64,000 nt of DNA from Podarcis muralis (lineage: Eukaryota), in NCBI RefSeq assembly GCF_964188315.1, contig NC_135667.1, forward strand, positions 24,862,001-24,926,000, written 5' to 3'. Both the position numbers and the translations under genes were made by a program. The notes under the pieces are model-generated. The model had not been told where the DNA came from. It ran no database searches and was given only the letters and a program-made list of their open reading frames with translations. Shown one piece after another: positions 45,445 through 57,461 of the stretch. Each line of letters begins with the position of its first letter. The first letter of the stretch is position 1.

Positions 45445-46062
45445 TTTGCTACCCCAAAGTGTACACCTAATGCAGTCCTAAGGCAAGAGGCAGGACTGCC
45501 CAGAGTGGAATTAAAAGTCTGGGAGCAAGCAATATCCCTCTGGCTGAAAATCCATTACAATCCTAAGGGACTGTTACCTTGCTTCCTGGCCGCAGTTCCC
45601 TATCCTCCTTGGCTTATTGAAATAACTAATAAGATCAAACAAATTGGCCTAAACCCAGAAAATCTTTTTATTGGAACTCTGAACAAGGCAAAAGCAATTA
45701 TCACTCAGAGACTTTACAATGTCGAATTACAACAAGAAGAAGACGCCCTACTCCCGGAGACGTATAGATGTTTAAAAGCTTGGCCTAATTTTGCAGCTGC
45801 CCCTTATTTAACTAACATCACTAACGAAGCTTATAGATGGGCTTTCTCTAGAGCCCGCTTTGAGACAATGCCCTCAGCAGTGCTGTACGGCAAATTCACG
45901 CGGGTACCAATGCATGCGCGTCTTTGCCCCTGTATGTCTAATAAGGTAGAATCTGTCACACACATCCTTCTATTTTATACCCCTACAACATTATTTGGAA
46001 TCCTCCCCCGAAATTCTACGAAAATACCTTCTGGAAGATTCCTCAAGCTCAATATCATATGA
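45445..46062 (+). pseudogene. 3' fragment of LINE ORF2 (C-terminal domain with zinc-knuckle-like motif)
   Basis: PKCTPNAVLRQEAGL...ARFETMPS...RLCPC...ESVTHILL. Confidence 0.65.
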
Positions 46063-46415
46063 GGTGGCCAAATTCTGCACTTTAGTAATCAGGAAGTGTA
46101 AATCTCCTCTGTTGAATGGCACACTCTGAAGTTCCCTTGTGTAGTCCTTTTTTTTCTTCTTCTGATGTTGTTGTTGATTTCTTTTTGTTTGATCTTGTGG
46201 TGTTTAGTGTCACTGGCTTTTGCCGCAATAAAACTTGGAAAAGAAATAAGGATACCTCTGTTCAATATGAAGTCTTTTGTGTGGCTTATTGTGTGTCATC
46301 TTTCAATAAGTCCCAGAGCATGAAAAGGTTTTAGTCCTGGCAAAAGTTCTGTATTCACATAATATTGTAAATGGGATAGCCTCCATCTGATCTTGGAAGC
46401 TGACCCTCAATTCTC

Positions 46416-46800
46416 TGTTGGCATACAACCAAGGAAGCGGGGGCAATTGGGAGGCCCCCAGCTGGCTCCATCCCACCAGCTGGTGTACCGGACAAACTCC
46501 AGTCCTTGGTGCCACATGAATCAGCGGCCCAAACTTCAAAAGCTAGGGCATGCTCTAATCAGCAGAGATAACGCTACGCAACAGAAGTATGTGTGAGCAT
46601 ATTTACAAGCAGTTTATTCAGCATACATCAGGACAAAAGGAAAACATGTCTGATCCCCTTCATGTCCAAAGCAAGCAGCATAAGCAATAGCTATACACAA
46701 AACGAAAGTTCCCAGCAAGCTGTGCTGAAGTGTAAACAGGCATGTGACATACAACAATTCCACACGTCTGTTCTTAAGGTGGAACGGAATTATGCCAACA
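46416..46800 (-). mobile_element. Solo LTR, 385 bp (copy 3)
   Basis: TGTTGGCATA...TATGCCAACA with TTCTC TSD. Confidence 0.8.
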
Positions 46801-48220
46801 TTCTCTGTGTGGAATTACTTCTCCAGTGTAAAATGATGGTCTAATATTTTGTTTCTAAAAGGACTAGGTTTTTGTTTTGTTTTGTTGTTTAAGATTCTGA
46901 TACTTTGTGTCAGTGATCATGGTGTCAGACTCTCTAAACTGAAAATGGGAACTGGATAGCATGACCAATTTTCTGTTTAAAAGAGACAACTCTCCTTATT
47001 AACAACACTGGAGACTTTGGTTTCCTTACACTTAATGTAGGTTCCAGCTTTATGGTTATTCTTCAAAGGCACAACACTTCATTTAATACATGCATATTCA
47101 TGTAAGGCACAGCATGTCGTTTCAGGCAGACACTCTTTACACTGAACTTTAAAACCCCAGTCAGCACTTTTCTTCAAACTTCTTCTCAGGATAGACTATT
47201 TCCACTTACAAAGGGCATTTGTTTCACTGCCCTAGAAACTATATTACAACCCCTTCTAAGACTTTTAATTCCCCTTCAAGGAATCAAATTGGTTATCCAT
47301 GTTTAGCTACAGTAGTTCCTAATCCCAATCAGAATAGGTCCTACTCTCTCCAGGTTGCTGTCTAAATGACAAACAGTGCCTATCAAACTGACATACAATC
47401 CCAATCTGTTTGACAGCAAAGTTCTGTATTTTTTACTCACCAGTTCTTCCAGACTGGTTGGTGTTCTAACAAACTCTGACTGCTGCTGACTCAAGATCTG
47501 TCCATTGCAGTCATATTTATCTATGCTGCTATTCCATCACACTTCCATTTCTTTCTAAGGGAATGGTGAATTCCTCTGGTCCCTGTTCTGTTCTTGTTTC
47601 AGGAGTGATATAAAAATCTAGACTGGCGGGTGAGGAGGTGTGACTCTTTTGTGTTTTCTCCTGAGCTTCCTTTAGATGGCAACATATTTTTGCAAAGAGG
47701 TTGTATTATTTCCCATGCATACTGACACTTCCCTATCACAGGGCAGTTTTTGTATTTCTGACTGCCTCCAACATGCATGTACTTTTTGCTGAGATGTTAA
47801 TTCAGATATGTGCGCATGTGACATTCCAGTAAATCTATGAAATCCAGGCAACGCCAAAAATCATTTCATCTAGGTGCTGTCACTCCTTTGAAAACCTGAA
47901 TTGTCTGTTAAAATGGCTCTTTGCATGATGTGGGGTGACAGAGTAGACAGGAAACATGACCTGTTACTATCTATAAACCAGAGGATTAAGCGCTACTGAG
48001 ATGTGTTCAGCCTGTTGTAGGCCACTTTGAAAACTATGCAAGTGAACAATGGGGTATAAACTTCAACATACATACATAAATGGATTATCAACATGCCATG
48101 TAATCTGACAAGTGAAATAATGCAAGATGACCATGTGACACAGGGCAGATGTAGAGTCTGCATATATAAATTTATCAGGAAGATTTAACTTAAAATGATG
48201 CTATATTCCAGGAACTCCCT

Positions 48221-49198
48221 TTAATTACACCTTTTCAGAACAAGCCTGGAAAATATATCCAGAGGAGATTTCCTCAAACCCAACAGTTTTGATAATGCAT
48301 TTTTTATCTCCTTATTCCTCATGCTGTAGATTATTGGATTGAACATGGGTGGAACAAGACTATACATCACAGTTCATACAAAGTCCCCATCAGATGGAGT
48401 CTTAGAAGGAGGCCTAAGGTAAGCAAAACATGAAGTGAAACAAAATACGGAGAAGACAACAAGGTGAGGTATGCAAGTGGAGAAGGCCTTTTTCCTTCCC
48501 TCAACAGAAGGGATTTTTAGAACTGCAGTAAAGATGTGCACATAAGTGACAACAATGAAGACAAAACATCCAGACAGAAATATTACACTCACCACTATAG
48601 CTCCAATTTCCATTAGGTAGAAGTTTGAGCAGGCAAGTGTAAGTATCTGTGGGATCTCACAAAAGAACTGATTGACAATGTTTGAGCAGAAAGGAGTTGC
48701 AAAAGTTGCACTCGTGTGCATGACTGCATACAGAAGGCCAGCAACCCACACGCCAGCAACCATTTGTTTGCAGGCTGCCTTGTTCATCAACATTTCATAT
48801 TGTAATGGATTGCAAATGGCAACATAGCGATCGTATGCCATGACTGTAAGAAGGGAAAAATCAGATGTTACAAAGAAAACAAAGAAAAGAACTTGAGCAA
48901 TGCATCCAGTGTAAGAAATGTGTCTGGTATTCATGAGAGAATTCACGATGGATTTGGGGATGGTGACTGAAACAGCCCCTAGGTCCTGGATGGCCAAGTT
49001 CATCAGAAAGAAGTACATGGGAGTGTGAAGGTGGTGGTCAAAAGCTACAGCAGAGATGATGAGAAGATTCCCAAATACAGTTGCCAGATACAATGCCAGG
49101 AACAGAGATAAGTGTAGAATCTGCAGTTCTCGTATTGCTGAGAACTCCAGGAGCAGAAATTCAGAGACAGAGGATTCATTACTTATTTTCTCCTTCAT
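48221..49198 (-). pseudogene. Olfactory receptor OR7 (B-type) with single nonsense codon L275*
   Basis: TTA>TGA at 48374-48376 at the start of TM7; the frame continues to the normal stop at 48221; same length (978 nt) as OR3 and OR5. Confidence 0.9.
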
Positions 49199-50608
49199 TA
49201 ATAAAAATCTTCCTGTCACTGGAAGAAAACAGAAAGATAAACATTGGTTTAAGTCCTCTTGTGATAACAAATATTTACTACTTTGGAAGAGGATTTTTGG
49301 ATGTTGAAGGTAAAAGAAAGAAGTGAACAAAAAAGGAGAAACAATTATTTTTTATCCAAATGAGAATTTAGCTTTCAATTCCATATAGATATCATTATTT
49401 TTTTTAAAAAAACCTACTACTGTTTCAAAACTCGTAGATTGTGGTGTTCACAAGTTCTTGAAGTTGATTGAATTCTAGAGGAGGAACACAGGAGTCCTAC
49501 TGCCATCATTTCTTTACTTGCTTTGTATGTGGAAATATGCTGAGGGCAGATGCACCTTGAGAGAATCCCCATGTTTACAAAACATATTTTGATATTGTAA
49601 TTCATGGTCAAAACTGATGTAACTCTTAAATATAGGGCAATAACTTGCTGCCTATATAATGCAAATTCAAAGTCAAGTTTCTTCTATTAAATTCCAATGT
49701 CCATAAGATTTGGGTCATGGACATGTTAAAAGCTTGATTCCTGATATCCCCATTCACTCAGTGAGTCTTTTGCAAGAGTAACGGATAATAGTTCCATAAG
49801 ACTCACACACTTGGCTCATACTCACCTGTATTTTGTATTCTAGGCCTAATGTTTAGTACTCCTTCTTAGTTAAGATCACACAGGTTTCAACTATTTTTTA
49901 TCTTTGTTATATGCTTTCAACCTTAATGCATGCTGCACACAAACCACATTGTTTTGCATGTAAAATGTCTAGGCTCACAGCTGCTTTGCATTTCCCAGAT
50001 ATTTTGGCTGCCACATTATGCTAAGCCAAGACAAGGTTCTTCAGCTCCCTCCTCGCTCACTTGGAGCGGTAATGAAGTTTTTTTCTTGGTTAATATTCAT
50101 GGTTGGTGAGGAGAGAGTCTAACCACTAGTCTTGGCTTGGATGATAGGCTAAAACAAAACTTGGTGTAGCTTGAGCTGACCGTAAAAAGCATCATGGAGG
50201 AGCAAAGCTACTGTACTCTTCTCTCCATGAGATTCAGTGAAGTCTTCCTAAGATAAGATTTGGTTTAGCATGTCATGGAAGTCAGATCATTGGGTATTCT
50301 ACGTGAGTCTAAACAAGTTCCAGGAACCACAACAAGCACGTTTTCCCATTCTACACAATACAGTATAGAAGTATTGTCTGCTTTAGTCCTCTGAAAACTA
50401 CCCAGGTGTCACAAAAGTTATAAACATATACTGGTAAATATCTTACTCTTTTCCTTAATAGAAAGTAGATTTCCAGATGCAAGTTCTTCATCACTTCATT
50501 TTCATCTGTATTTTAGAAAATCACCCCATCCTTTTGTTCTCTAACATTGAACATATTATACTCTTGCAGAATGAAGCTTTTAACATGGAGTGGAAAATTA
50601 TAACCTAC

Positions 50609-50639
<31 letters not shown>

Positions 50640-50656
50640 ACTGTGTGTATGTGTAT

Positions 50657-50689
<33 letters not shown>

Positions 50690-50697
50690 TATATATA
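50609..50697. repeat. Compound (CT)n(GT)n(AC)n(AT)n microsatellite
   Basis: Directly visible. Confidence 0.9.
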
Positions 50698-51167
50698 ATG
50701 CACTCCTCAGAGTTTGGTCTCAAGAGCCCAAAACAAATTAGCTATTGTAGCTATTGTGTCTCTGGAAACTTGGACTCAGGAGTTCCACCAGAATAAAAGC
50801 AGTGTTTCTAAAGACTTAGCCCCAGGAGTCTAACACAAATAATCAATGTATGTAAAAACTGTTTTAAAAAAGTTTTAAAACTGTTTTAAAAAAGTTTTTA
50901 AACTGTTTTAAAAACTGTTTTAAAAACTGTTTTAAAAAAGCTGTTTAGCTGCTCTCTCTGGGCAAAGGTCAGAGGGGGCAGGGCTTCTGTTGAGGTAGGT
51001 GATTAGCTGTGGGAGGAGCTTATCAGAGCTTTAGGGCAGCGGCGCGCGCCTAGCGGCGCGCACAGTTTGATCCATATTTTAGATTTAGGGGAGCTAGTCT
51101 CAAACATTTGTTGGGGGAGACCTAGGTTTTTTGGGAGGGATTTATTTGTCCTGTCTCCACACTTTTT

Positions 51168-52241
51168 ATGATAGAGGACCACTGTAGTCACCCCCAACGA
51201 CACGTTCCCAAGATGGAGGGTGAGGGAACAGCTGCAGTCGCCTGTGGTTCCTGCGCAATGTTTGCCATCTTGCCAAAGGTTGCAGGCAGCTTTACCTGCA
51301 GCAATTGCATGTTGATTGCCCTCTTAAAAGACAAAGTCCAGCAACTGGAGGAACGTGTAGCTACGCTCCAAAGAATTAGAGAGCTGGAACTCTTCTTGGA
51401 AGCAACAGAGCACACCGTCTCCACCAAGGAAGAGACAGGGGACTCCCCTGAGAAGGTGGCTAGTTCACCAACACAGGAGCCAGATATATGGAGAAACGTG
51501 ACTCAAAGAAGTAGGAGGCCCAGGGTTCGCTCTGATTGTTTAGAAATACACAATCGCTTTGAGGTCCTTTCCCCTAGCATGGAAGACGAAGAGCAGACTC
51601 CATTTGAGGATCTCTCCCTCATTACAGTCGATCAGGTATATGAAGACAAGGAGCAAAGGCAGTCCTCTGGGAATGTCCAGGCGACCTTGGAACCGACAGC
51701 TCACAGAAGAACCCCGACCAGACCTAAGAGGAGGCGTGTAGTGGTGATAGGGGATTCCCTACTGAGGGGAACAGAAGCAGTGATCTGTGGGCCTGACAAG
51801 ATGTCTTGGGAAGTGTGCTGTCTCCCCGGGGCTAAGATCCAAGATGTAACTGGATGACTGCAAGGAATCATAAAACCCACTGACAAATACCCCTTCCTCT
51901 TGGTTCATGTGGGAACCAATGACACTGCAAGCAATAGCCTCCAGAAGATCAAAAGAGATTACAAGGCTCTGGGCAGGAAATTGAAGCAATTAAATGCACA
52001 AATTGTCATCTCATCTGTCCTCCCAGTTGAACGACGTGGCCCAGGGAGAGAGGGAAAAATAGTGGAAGTGAACAACTGGCTTCGCAAATGGTGCAAACAG
52101 GAACGGTTTGGATTCTTAGATCACGGACTGCAGTTTCTTGAAGATGGACTTCTGGCAAGCGATGGGCTGCACCTCACAACGGTTGGGAGGAATGTTTTTG
52201 CAAAAAATCTCAGAAACCTCATCAGGAGGGCTTTAAACTGA
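51168..52241 (+). pseudogene. CR1 ORF1 (zinc finger, leucine zipper, SGNH esterase) with one in-frame TGA at 51855-51857
   Basis: CGSC...CSNC, LEERVATL, GDSL, HVGTND, DGLHL motifs; both ORF-track pieces share one frame. Confidence 0.9.
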
Positions 52242-52246
52242 CTAAT

Positions 52247-55159
52247 GTGGGGGAGGGAGACAGTGCTCCTGAAGGTAGGAGTCTATCAATTGATGAAGAT
52301 GATCATCCAAATGTCATAGACCGAATGGAGCAAAGAGCATGCAGACCTAGTGGTGGGAGGAGAAAATCCTTAAATAAGAGACACGGGGGAATGATTAATG
52401 GACTTCAATGTCTGTACACTAATGCGCAAAGCATGGGAAATAAACAAGATGAGCTTGAGCTCCTGGTACAGCAAACTAAATATGACATAATAGGAATCAC
52501 TGAAACCTGGTGGGATAAATCCCACGATTGGAATGTAATAATGGAGGGATGCAATCTATTTCAAAGAAACAGACCAGACAAGAAAGGAGGAGGAGTGGCG
52601 TTATATGTCAGGGATGTGTATACCTGTGAAGAGATCCAAGATTTAGAACCTCAAAGTGAAAGCATTTGGGTCAAAATTAAGGGAGAGAAGAATAACAGAG
52701 ACCTCATTGTGGGAGTTTACTATAGATCCCCAAGCCAAACGGAGGACATAGATGATGCCTTCCTGGAACAGATGGCCAAGCATGCAAAAGGAAGGGAGAT
52801 AGTAGTAATGGGGGACTTCAATTACCCGGATATTTGTTGGATGTCAAACTCAGCCAAGAGCATAAGGTCAAACAGATTCCTCACTGCCCTTGCAGACAAC
52901 TTCATTGTCCAGAAAGTGGGAGAAGCAACAAGAGGAACAGCCATTTTAGATCTGGTCCTAACCAATGTTGATGACCTGGTTAGTGGGGTAGAAGTGGAAG
53001 GATCATTAGGCGCGAGTGATCATGCTCTTCTGAAGTTTACTATACAGCGGAAAGGAGCAGCCAAGCATACTAGGACTCAATTTCTTGACTTTAAGAAAGC
53101 CGACTTCATAAAGCTTAGGGAAGTGCTGGGTGAGATCCCATGGACAGTAATACTAAAAGGAAAGGGAGTTCATGATGGCTGGGAGTTTGTTAAGAGGGAG
53201 ATAGTAAAAGCACAACTTCAGGCAATACCAATGAGACGGAAACATGGAAGGTGCCTAAAGAAGCCAGGGTGGCTATCTAAAGAACTTTTAACTGAGTTAA
53301 GATTAAAAAAGGATGTGTACAAAAAATGGAAAAGGGGGGAAACCACCAAAGAGGAATTCAAACAAATAGCCAGCACGTGTAGACACAAAGTCAGAAAAGC
53401 TAAAGCACAAAATGAACTCAGGCTTGCTAGAGAGGTTAAAAGCAACAAAAAAGGCTTTTATGGGTATGTTCGTAGCAAAAGGAAGAACAAAGAAACCGTG
53501 GGGTCACTCAGAGAAGATGGTGAAATGCAAACAGGGGACACAGAAAGGGCTGAACTCCTCAATGCCTTCTTTGCCTCAGTCTTCTCCGATAAAGAAAACA
53601 ATGCCCGACCTGAAGAATTTGGAGCAAATGATTCAGCAGAGGAAACACAGCCCAGAATAACTAAGGAGATAGTACAAGAATACTTGGCTAGTCTAGATGT
53701 ATTCAAGTCTCCAGGGCCAGATGAACTGCATCCAAGAGTATTAAAAGAACTGGCAGATGTGATTTCAGAACCACTGGCAGTCATCTTTGAGAATTCCTGG
53801 AGAACAGGTGAAGTCCCGGCAGACTGGAGGAGGGCAAATGTTGTCCCTATTTTCAAAAAGGGGAAAAGAGAGGACCCAAATAATTACCGCCCAGTCAGTC
53901 TGACATCAATACCAGGGAAGATTCTGGAGCAGATCATTAAGCAAACAGTCTGTGAGCACCTAGAAAGGAATGCTGTGATCACCAATAGTCAGCATGGATT
54001 TCTGAAAAATAAGTCATGTCAGACTAACCTGATCTCGTTTTTTGACAGAATTACAAGCCTGGTAGATGAAGGGAACGCAGTGGATGTAGTCTACCTTGAT
54101 TTCAGCAAGGCATTTGACAAGGTGCCCCATGATATTCTTGTAAAGAAGCTGGTAAAATGTGGTCTTGACTATGCTACCACTCAGTGGATTTGTAACTGGC
54201 TGACTGAGCGAACCCAAAGGGTGCTCATCAATGGTTCCTCTTCATCCTGGAGAAGAGTGACTAGTGGGGTGCCACAGGGTTCTGTCTTGGGCCCGGTCTT
54301 ATTCAACATCTTTATCAACGACTTGGATGATGGACTTAAGGGCATCCTGATCAAATTTGCAGATGACACCAAACTGGGAGGGGTGGCTAACACCACAGAG
54401 GACAGGATCACACTTCAAAACGACCTTGACAGATTAGAGAACTGGGCCAAAACAAACAAGATGAATTTTAACAGGGAGAAATGTAAAGTATTGCACTTGG
54501 GCAAAAAAAATGAGAGGCACAAATACAAGATGGGTGACACCTGGCTTGAGAGCAGTACATGTGAAAAGGATCTAGGAGTCTTGGTTGACCACAAACTTGA
54601 CATGAGCCAACAGTGTGACGCGGCAGCTAAAAAAGCCAATGCAATTCTGGGCCTCATCAATAGGAGTATAGCATCTAGATCAAGGGAAGTAATAGTGCCA
54701 CTGTATTCTGCTCTGGTCAGACCTCACCTGGAGTACTGTGTCCAGTTCTGGGCACCACAGTTCAAGAAGGACACTGACAAACTGGAACGTGTCCAGAGGA
54801 GGGCAACCAAAATGGTCAAAGGCCTGGAAATGATGCCTTATGAGGAACGGCTAAGGGAGCTGGGCATGTTTAGCCTGGAGAAGAGGAGGTTAAGGGGTGA
54901 TATGATAGCCATGTTCAAATATATAAAAGGATGTCACATAGAGGAGGGAGAAAGGCTGTTTTCTGCTGCTCCAGAGAAGCGGACACGGAGCAATGGATCC
55001 AAACTACAAGAAAGAAGATTCCACCTAAACATTAGGAAGAACTTCCTGACAGTAAGAGCTGTTCGACAGTGGAATTTGCTGCCAAGGAGTGTGGTGGAGT
55101 CTCCTTCTTTGGAGGTCTTTAAGCAGAGGCTTGACAACCATATGTCAGGAGTGCTCTGA
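52247..55159 (+). CDS. CR1 ORF2 (APE endonuclease + reverse transcriptase), intact, 970 aa
   Basis: LYTNAQS, ITETWW, MGDFN, SDH, QGSVLGP, FADD; no stops; no ATG at its 5' end. Confidence 0.95.
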   Translation: MGEGDSAPEGRSLSIDEDDHPNVIDRMEQRACRPSGGRRKSLNKRHGGMINGLQCLYTNAQSMGNKQDELELLVQQTKYDIIGITETWWDKSHDWNVIMEGCNLFQRNRPDKKGGGVALYVRDVYTCEEIQDLEPQSESIWVKIKGEKNNRDLIVGVYYRSPSQTEDIDDAFLEQMAKHAKGREIVVMGDFNYPDICWMSNSAKSIRSNRFLTALADNFIVQKVGEATRGTAILDLVLTNVDDLVSGVEVEGSLGASDHALLKFTIQRKGAAKHTRTQFLDFKKADFIKLREVLGEIPWTVILKGKGVHDGWEFVKREIVKAQLQAIPMRRKHGRCLKKPGWLSKELLTELRLKKDVYKKWKRGETTKEEFKQIASTCRHKVRKAKAQNELRLAREVKSNKKGFYGYVRSKRKNKETVGSLREDGEMQTGDTERAELLNAFFASVFSDKENNARPEEFGANDSAEETQPRITKEIVQEYLASLDVFKSPGPDELHPRVLKELADVISEPLAVIFENSWRTGEVPADWRRANVVPIFKKGKREDPNNYRPVSLTSIPGKILEQIIKQTVCEHLERNAVITNSQHGFLKNKSCQTNLISFFDRITSLVDEGNAVDVVYLDFSKAFDKVPHDILVKKLVKCGLDYATTQWICNWLTERTQRVLINGSSSSWRRVTSGVPQGSVLGPVLFNIFINDLDDGLKGILIKFADDTKLGGVANTTEDRITLQNDLDRLENWAKTNKMNFNREKCKVLHLGKKNERHKYKMGDTWLESSTCEKDLGVLVDHKLDMSQQCDAAAKKANAILGLINRSIASRSREVIVPLYSALVRPHLEYCVQFWAPQFKKDTDKLERVQRRATKMVKGLEMMPYEERLRELGMFSLEKRRLRGDMIAMFKYIKGCHIEEGERLFSAAPEKRTRSNGSKLQERRFHLNIRKNFLTVRAVRQWNLLPRSVVESPSLEVFKQRLDNHMSGVL

Positions 55160-57461
55160 TGGTGTTTCCTGCTTGGCAGGGGGTTGGACTCGATGGCCCT
55201 TGTGGTCTCTTCCAACTCTATGATTCTATGATTCTATGATTCTATGATTCTATTCTAAAAACTTCCAGTTTCTAGACAGCACACTTTCTAATATTTAAAA
55301 TAATAATACTGCTACATAAGTCTGTCTGGAAGCTTCTGGTTTCACCTGGACTTTCTCAGACTCATTTCTTTCTTTCTTTTAAAAAAATGTTTTTATTTAA
55401 AAAATGTTTTTATTTATTTTCATGGTACTGAGTTGTATGACGTATGACTGGCTCAGTGTTCCCCGCACCTTCTCTCTCCCCTCCCCCCCCCCCCCGTGTT
55501 TTGGTCAATGCTCTAAATTTCACCCAGGTGTTTATCTTGTGAACTGCCATGAGAGCTTGTGATGAAGGTTGGTTTTAAAATCTAGTAAGTAGTAAAATAA
55601 TAATAATAACTCTAAGGAAATACTATATATTTCACCGGGGGGGGGGGATAGTTGGAAGGGTATCCTTGAAACTACCATTTGCAATGCAGACATGGGGTTT
55701 CTCATCTGCTTCTGCTAATATTGGTCTCCAAATATAAATTTGTGGATTTTTTACATTCAAATACAAGGGCCAGCACCTCTAATTCTATTTCTGTGTGGTT
55801 GCTTTTTGGGGTTGATGAGAGGGCGTGTAGCACATACTACTTGTCTCCAGAGTTTCCATATCTATGTGAGATTTAATGTGTATCACTGTTGATTTTGGTT
55901 GCCCTGGGCAAAATATAGTGACTGACATACGAATACATAAATTAACAAGTTAACATTTGGTTGTTGTTGGTTTTTTTTAAAAAAATCCATTATAAAAGCA
56001 GTTCCTATGCCTACTCTGGAGGTAACTATGGACAATTCATAATCAGAATATTGTGTTCAAATCTTTAGACTATGTTAGAATGCCATATCTGCAGAACATG
56101 AAGTTCTTTTCATTTATTCATAAAGATTCCACACATTTGAGTACTTCCAGCCTTGTGAGGTCCAAAGGAACTTTGCAAGGAACATGTGTCACTTGTCTTT
56201 TTGGCTATAGTATTTAGATTTTATATACATCGTTCACTTTGCCCATTCCTCAAAAAATATAAGGGTACCTCTGTTCAATGTGAATGTCTTTTGTTTGGCA
56301 AATTGTGTGTCATCTTTCAGTGAATCCCAGAGCATGACTAGTTTTTTCTCCAAGCAATGGTTCTGTATTCCCATGCACTATCACAAATAGGATGAACACT
56401 ATCTGTTCTGTGAAGCTGACGCCCAATTTCCTGTGTAGAATTACTTTCCCTGTGTGGATCTCATCTCTTACATTTTCCAAAAGGATGTGGTTTTGTTTTT
56501 TAAGATTTTGAGAAATTGTGTCAGTGGCCACTGTGTCAGATTCCCTCACTAAAGATGGGAGGTGGGAAGCATGACCAATTTCCTGGGTTTCTAAAAGATA
56601 CAACTCTCCCTAGTAACAACACTGGAGACATTTTAACTCTTTGTCGGTAAAAAAAAAATCCAGGTGTTCTTCTTACGGGAAGGATTCCCTGTGTCCACTT
56701 ATCTGCCACCAAAGGTGCAAAGTAATGAGGAGGCACTTCTGGAACAAAGATAGAATTTTATAGATTTACATTCATTGAGGATTCAAACTTAATAGGCACT
56801 CTCTTAAGGCACAACACTTCATTTTAGAAATGTTACTTGAGGGGGCGCAAGTTTCAGGCAAAAACTCTTTACACAGAACTTTTAAACCCCAGTCAAAACA
56901 CTAGTTTAAAACTAGTCTCAGGATAGACTTTTCCCAACTAAAATGGATATTTGTGTCACTGCCTACCAAGAATCTCACAGACCCTTCTAGGGTTTTTTCC
57001 TTAGCCTCAAGGAAGCAAATTGGGTAGCCCTCTAAAACTAATCCCAAAATCCATTCAGAACAGGTCCTTCTCATCTGAAGTTCCTAAACAAGGGTTTATC
57101 CGCATTTTTCCTTTTCCCATGGCTAGAAACCAAGGATGTGAGTGGGGTATTTTTTCTCCTTTCTGTAGGAAAACCCACTTTAGCTTTAAATAAAAAGAAA
57201 TGACAATCCACAGAAAATCTGATTGCCAGATGAATGCACTGGGTCAGAAAGAGTACACATGCACTATATGACAGACATTCCCTCTCTAAATGTACGATTA
57301 ACAGGCTATGTGAACAGAGATGCAACATTGTTAATGGTACATCTATGCTGGAGGAACACAAGATGTCCTTGTGACACCTGGCAGATTTTGAGTCTGCATA
57401 TCAACATGTTTCTAGAGGCTGTAACTGGTCATGATATCTCCACAGATCCCAATGCTTATAC

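Larger units (their letters stand above)
43340..46238. mobile_element. 5'-inverted APE-type LINE of uncertain clade, 2899 bp
   Basis: 13-bp TSD AAAAGAAATAAGG (43327-43339, 46239-46251); minus strand ORF1 plus APE N-terminus (SWNVAG, LLQETW); plus strand ORF2 C-terminus (RLCPC...ESVTHILL) and AATAAA; empty site at ~29890. Confidence 0.88.
32771..49255. repeat. Segmental duplication copy 2 (~13.5 kb plus a 2.9 kb LINE insertion)
   Basis: Collinear with 19360-32770. Confidence 0.85.
50871..55255 (+). mobile_element. Full-length CR1 LINE (~4.4 kb)
   Basis: 5' UTR, ORF1, ORF2, (ATTCTATG)n tail, probable 8-bp TSD TAAAAACT (50863-50870, 55256-55263); empty in paralogs (~20940, ~34380). Confidence 0.95.

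Noticed and set aside
19360-49255. The repeated units as a pure assembly artefact
   Set aside because: Copies differ by many substitutions, indels and private TE insertions with TSDs; a haplotype switch at one junction cannot be excluded without reads.
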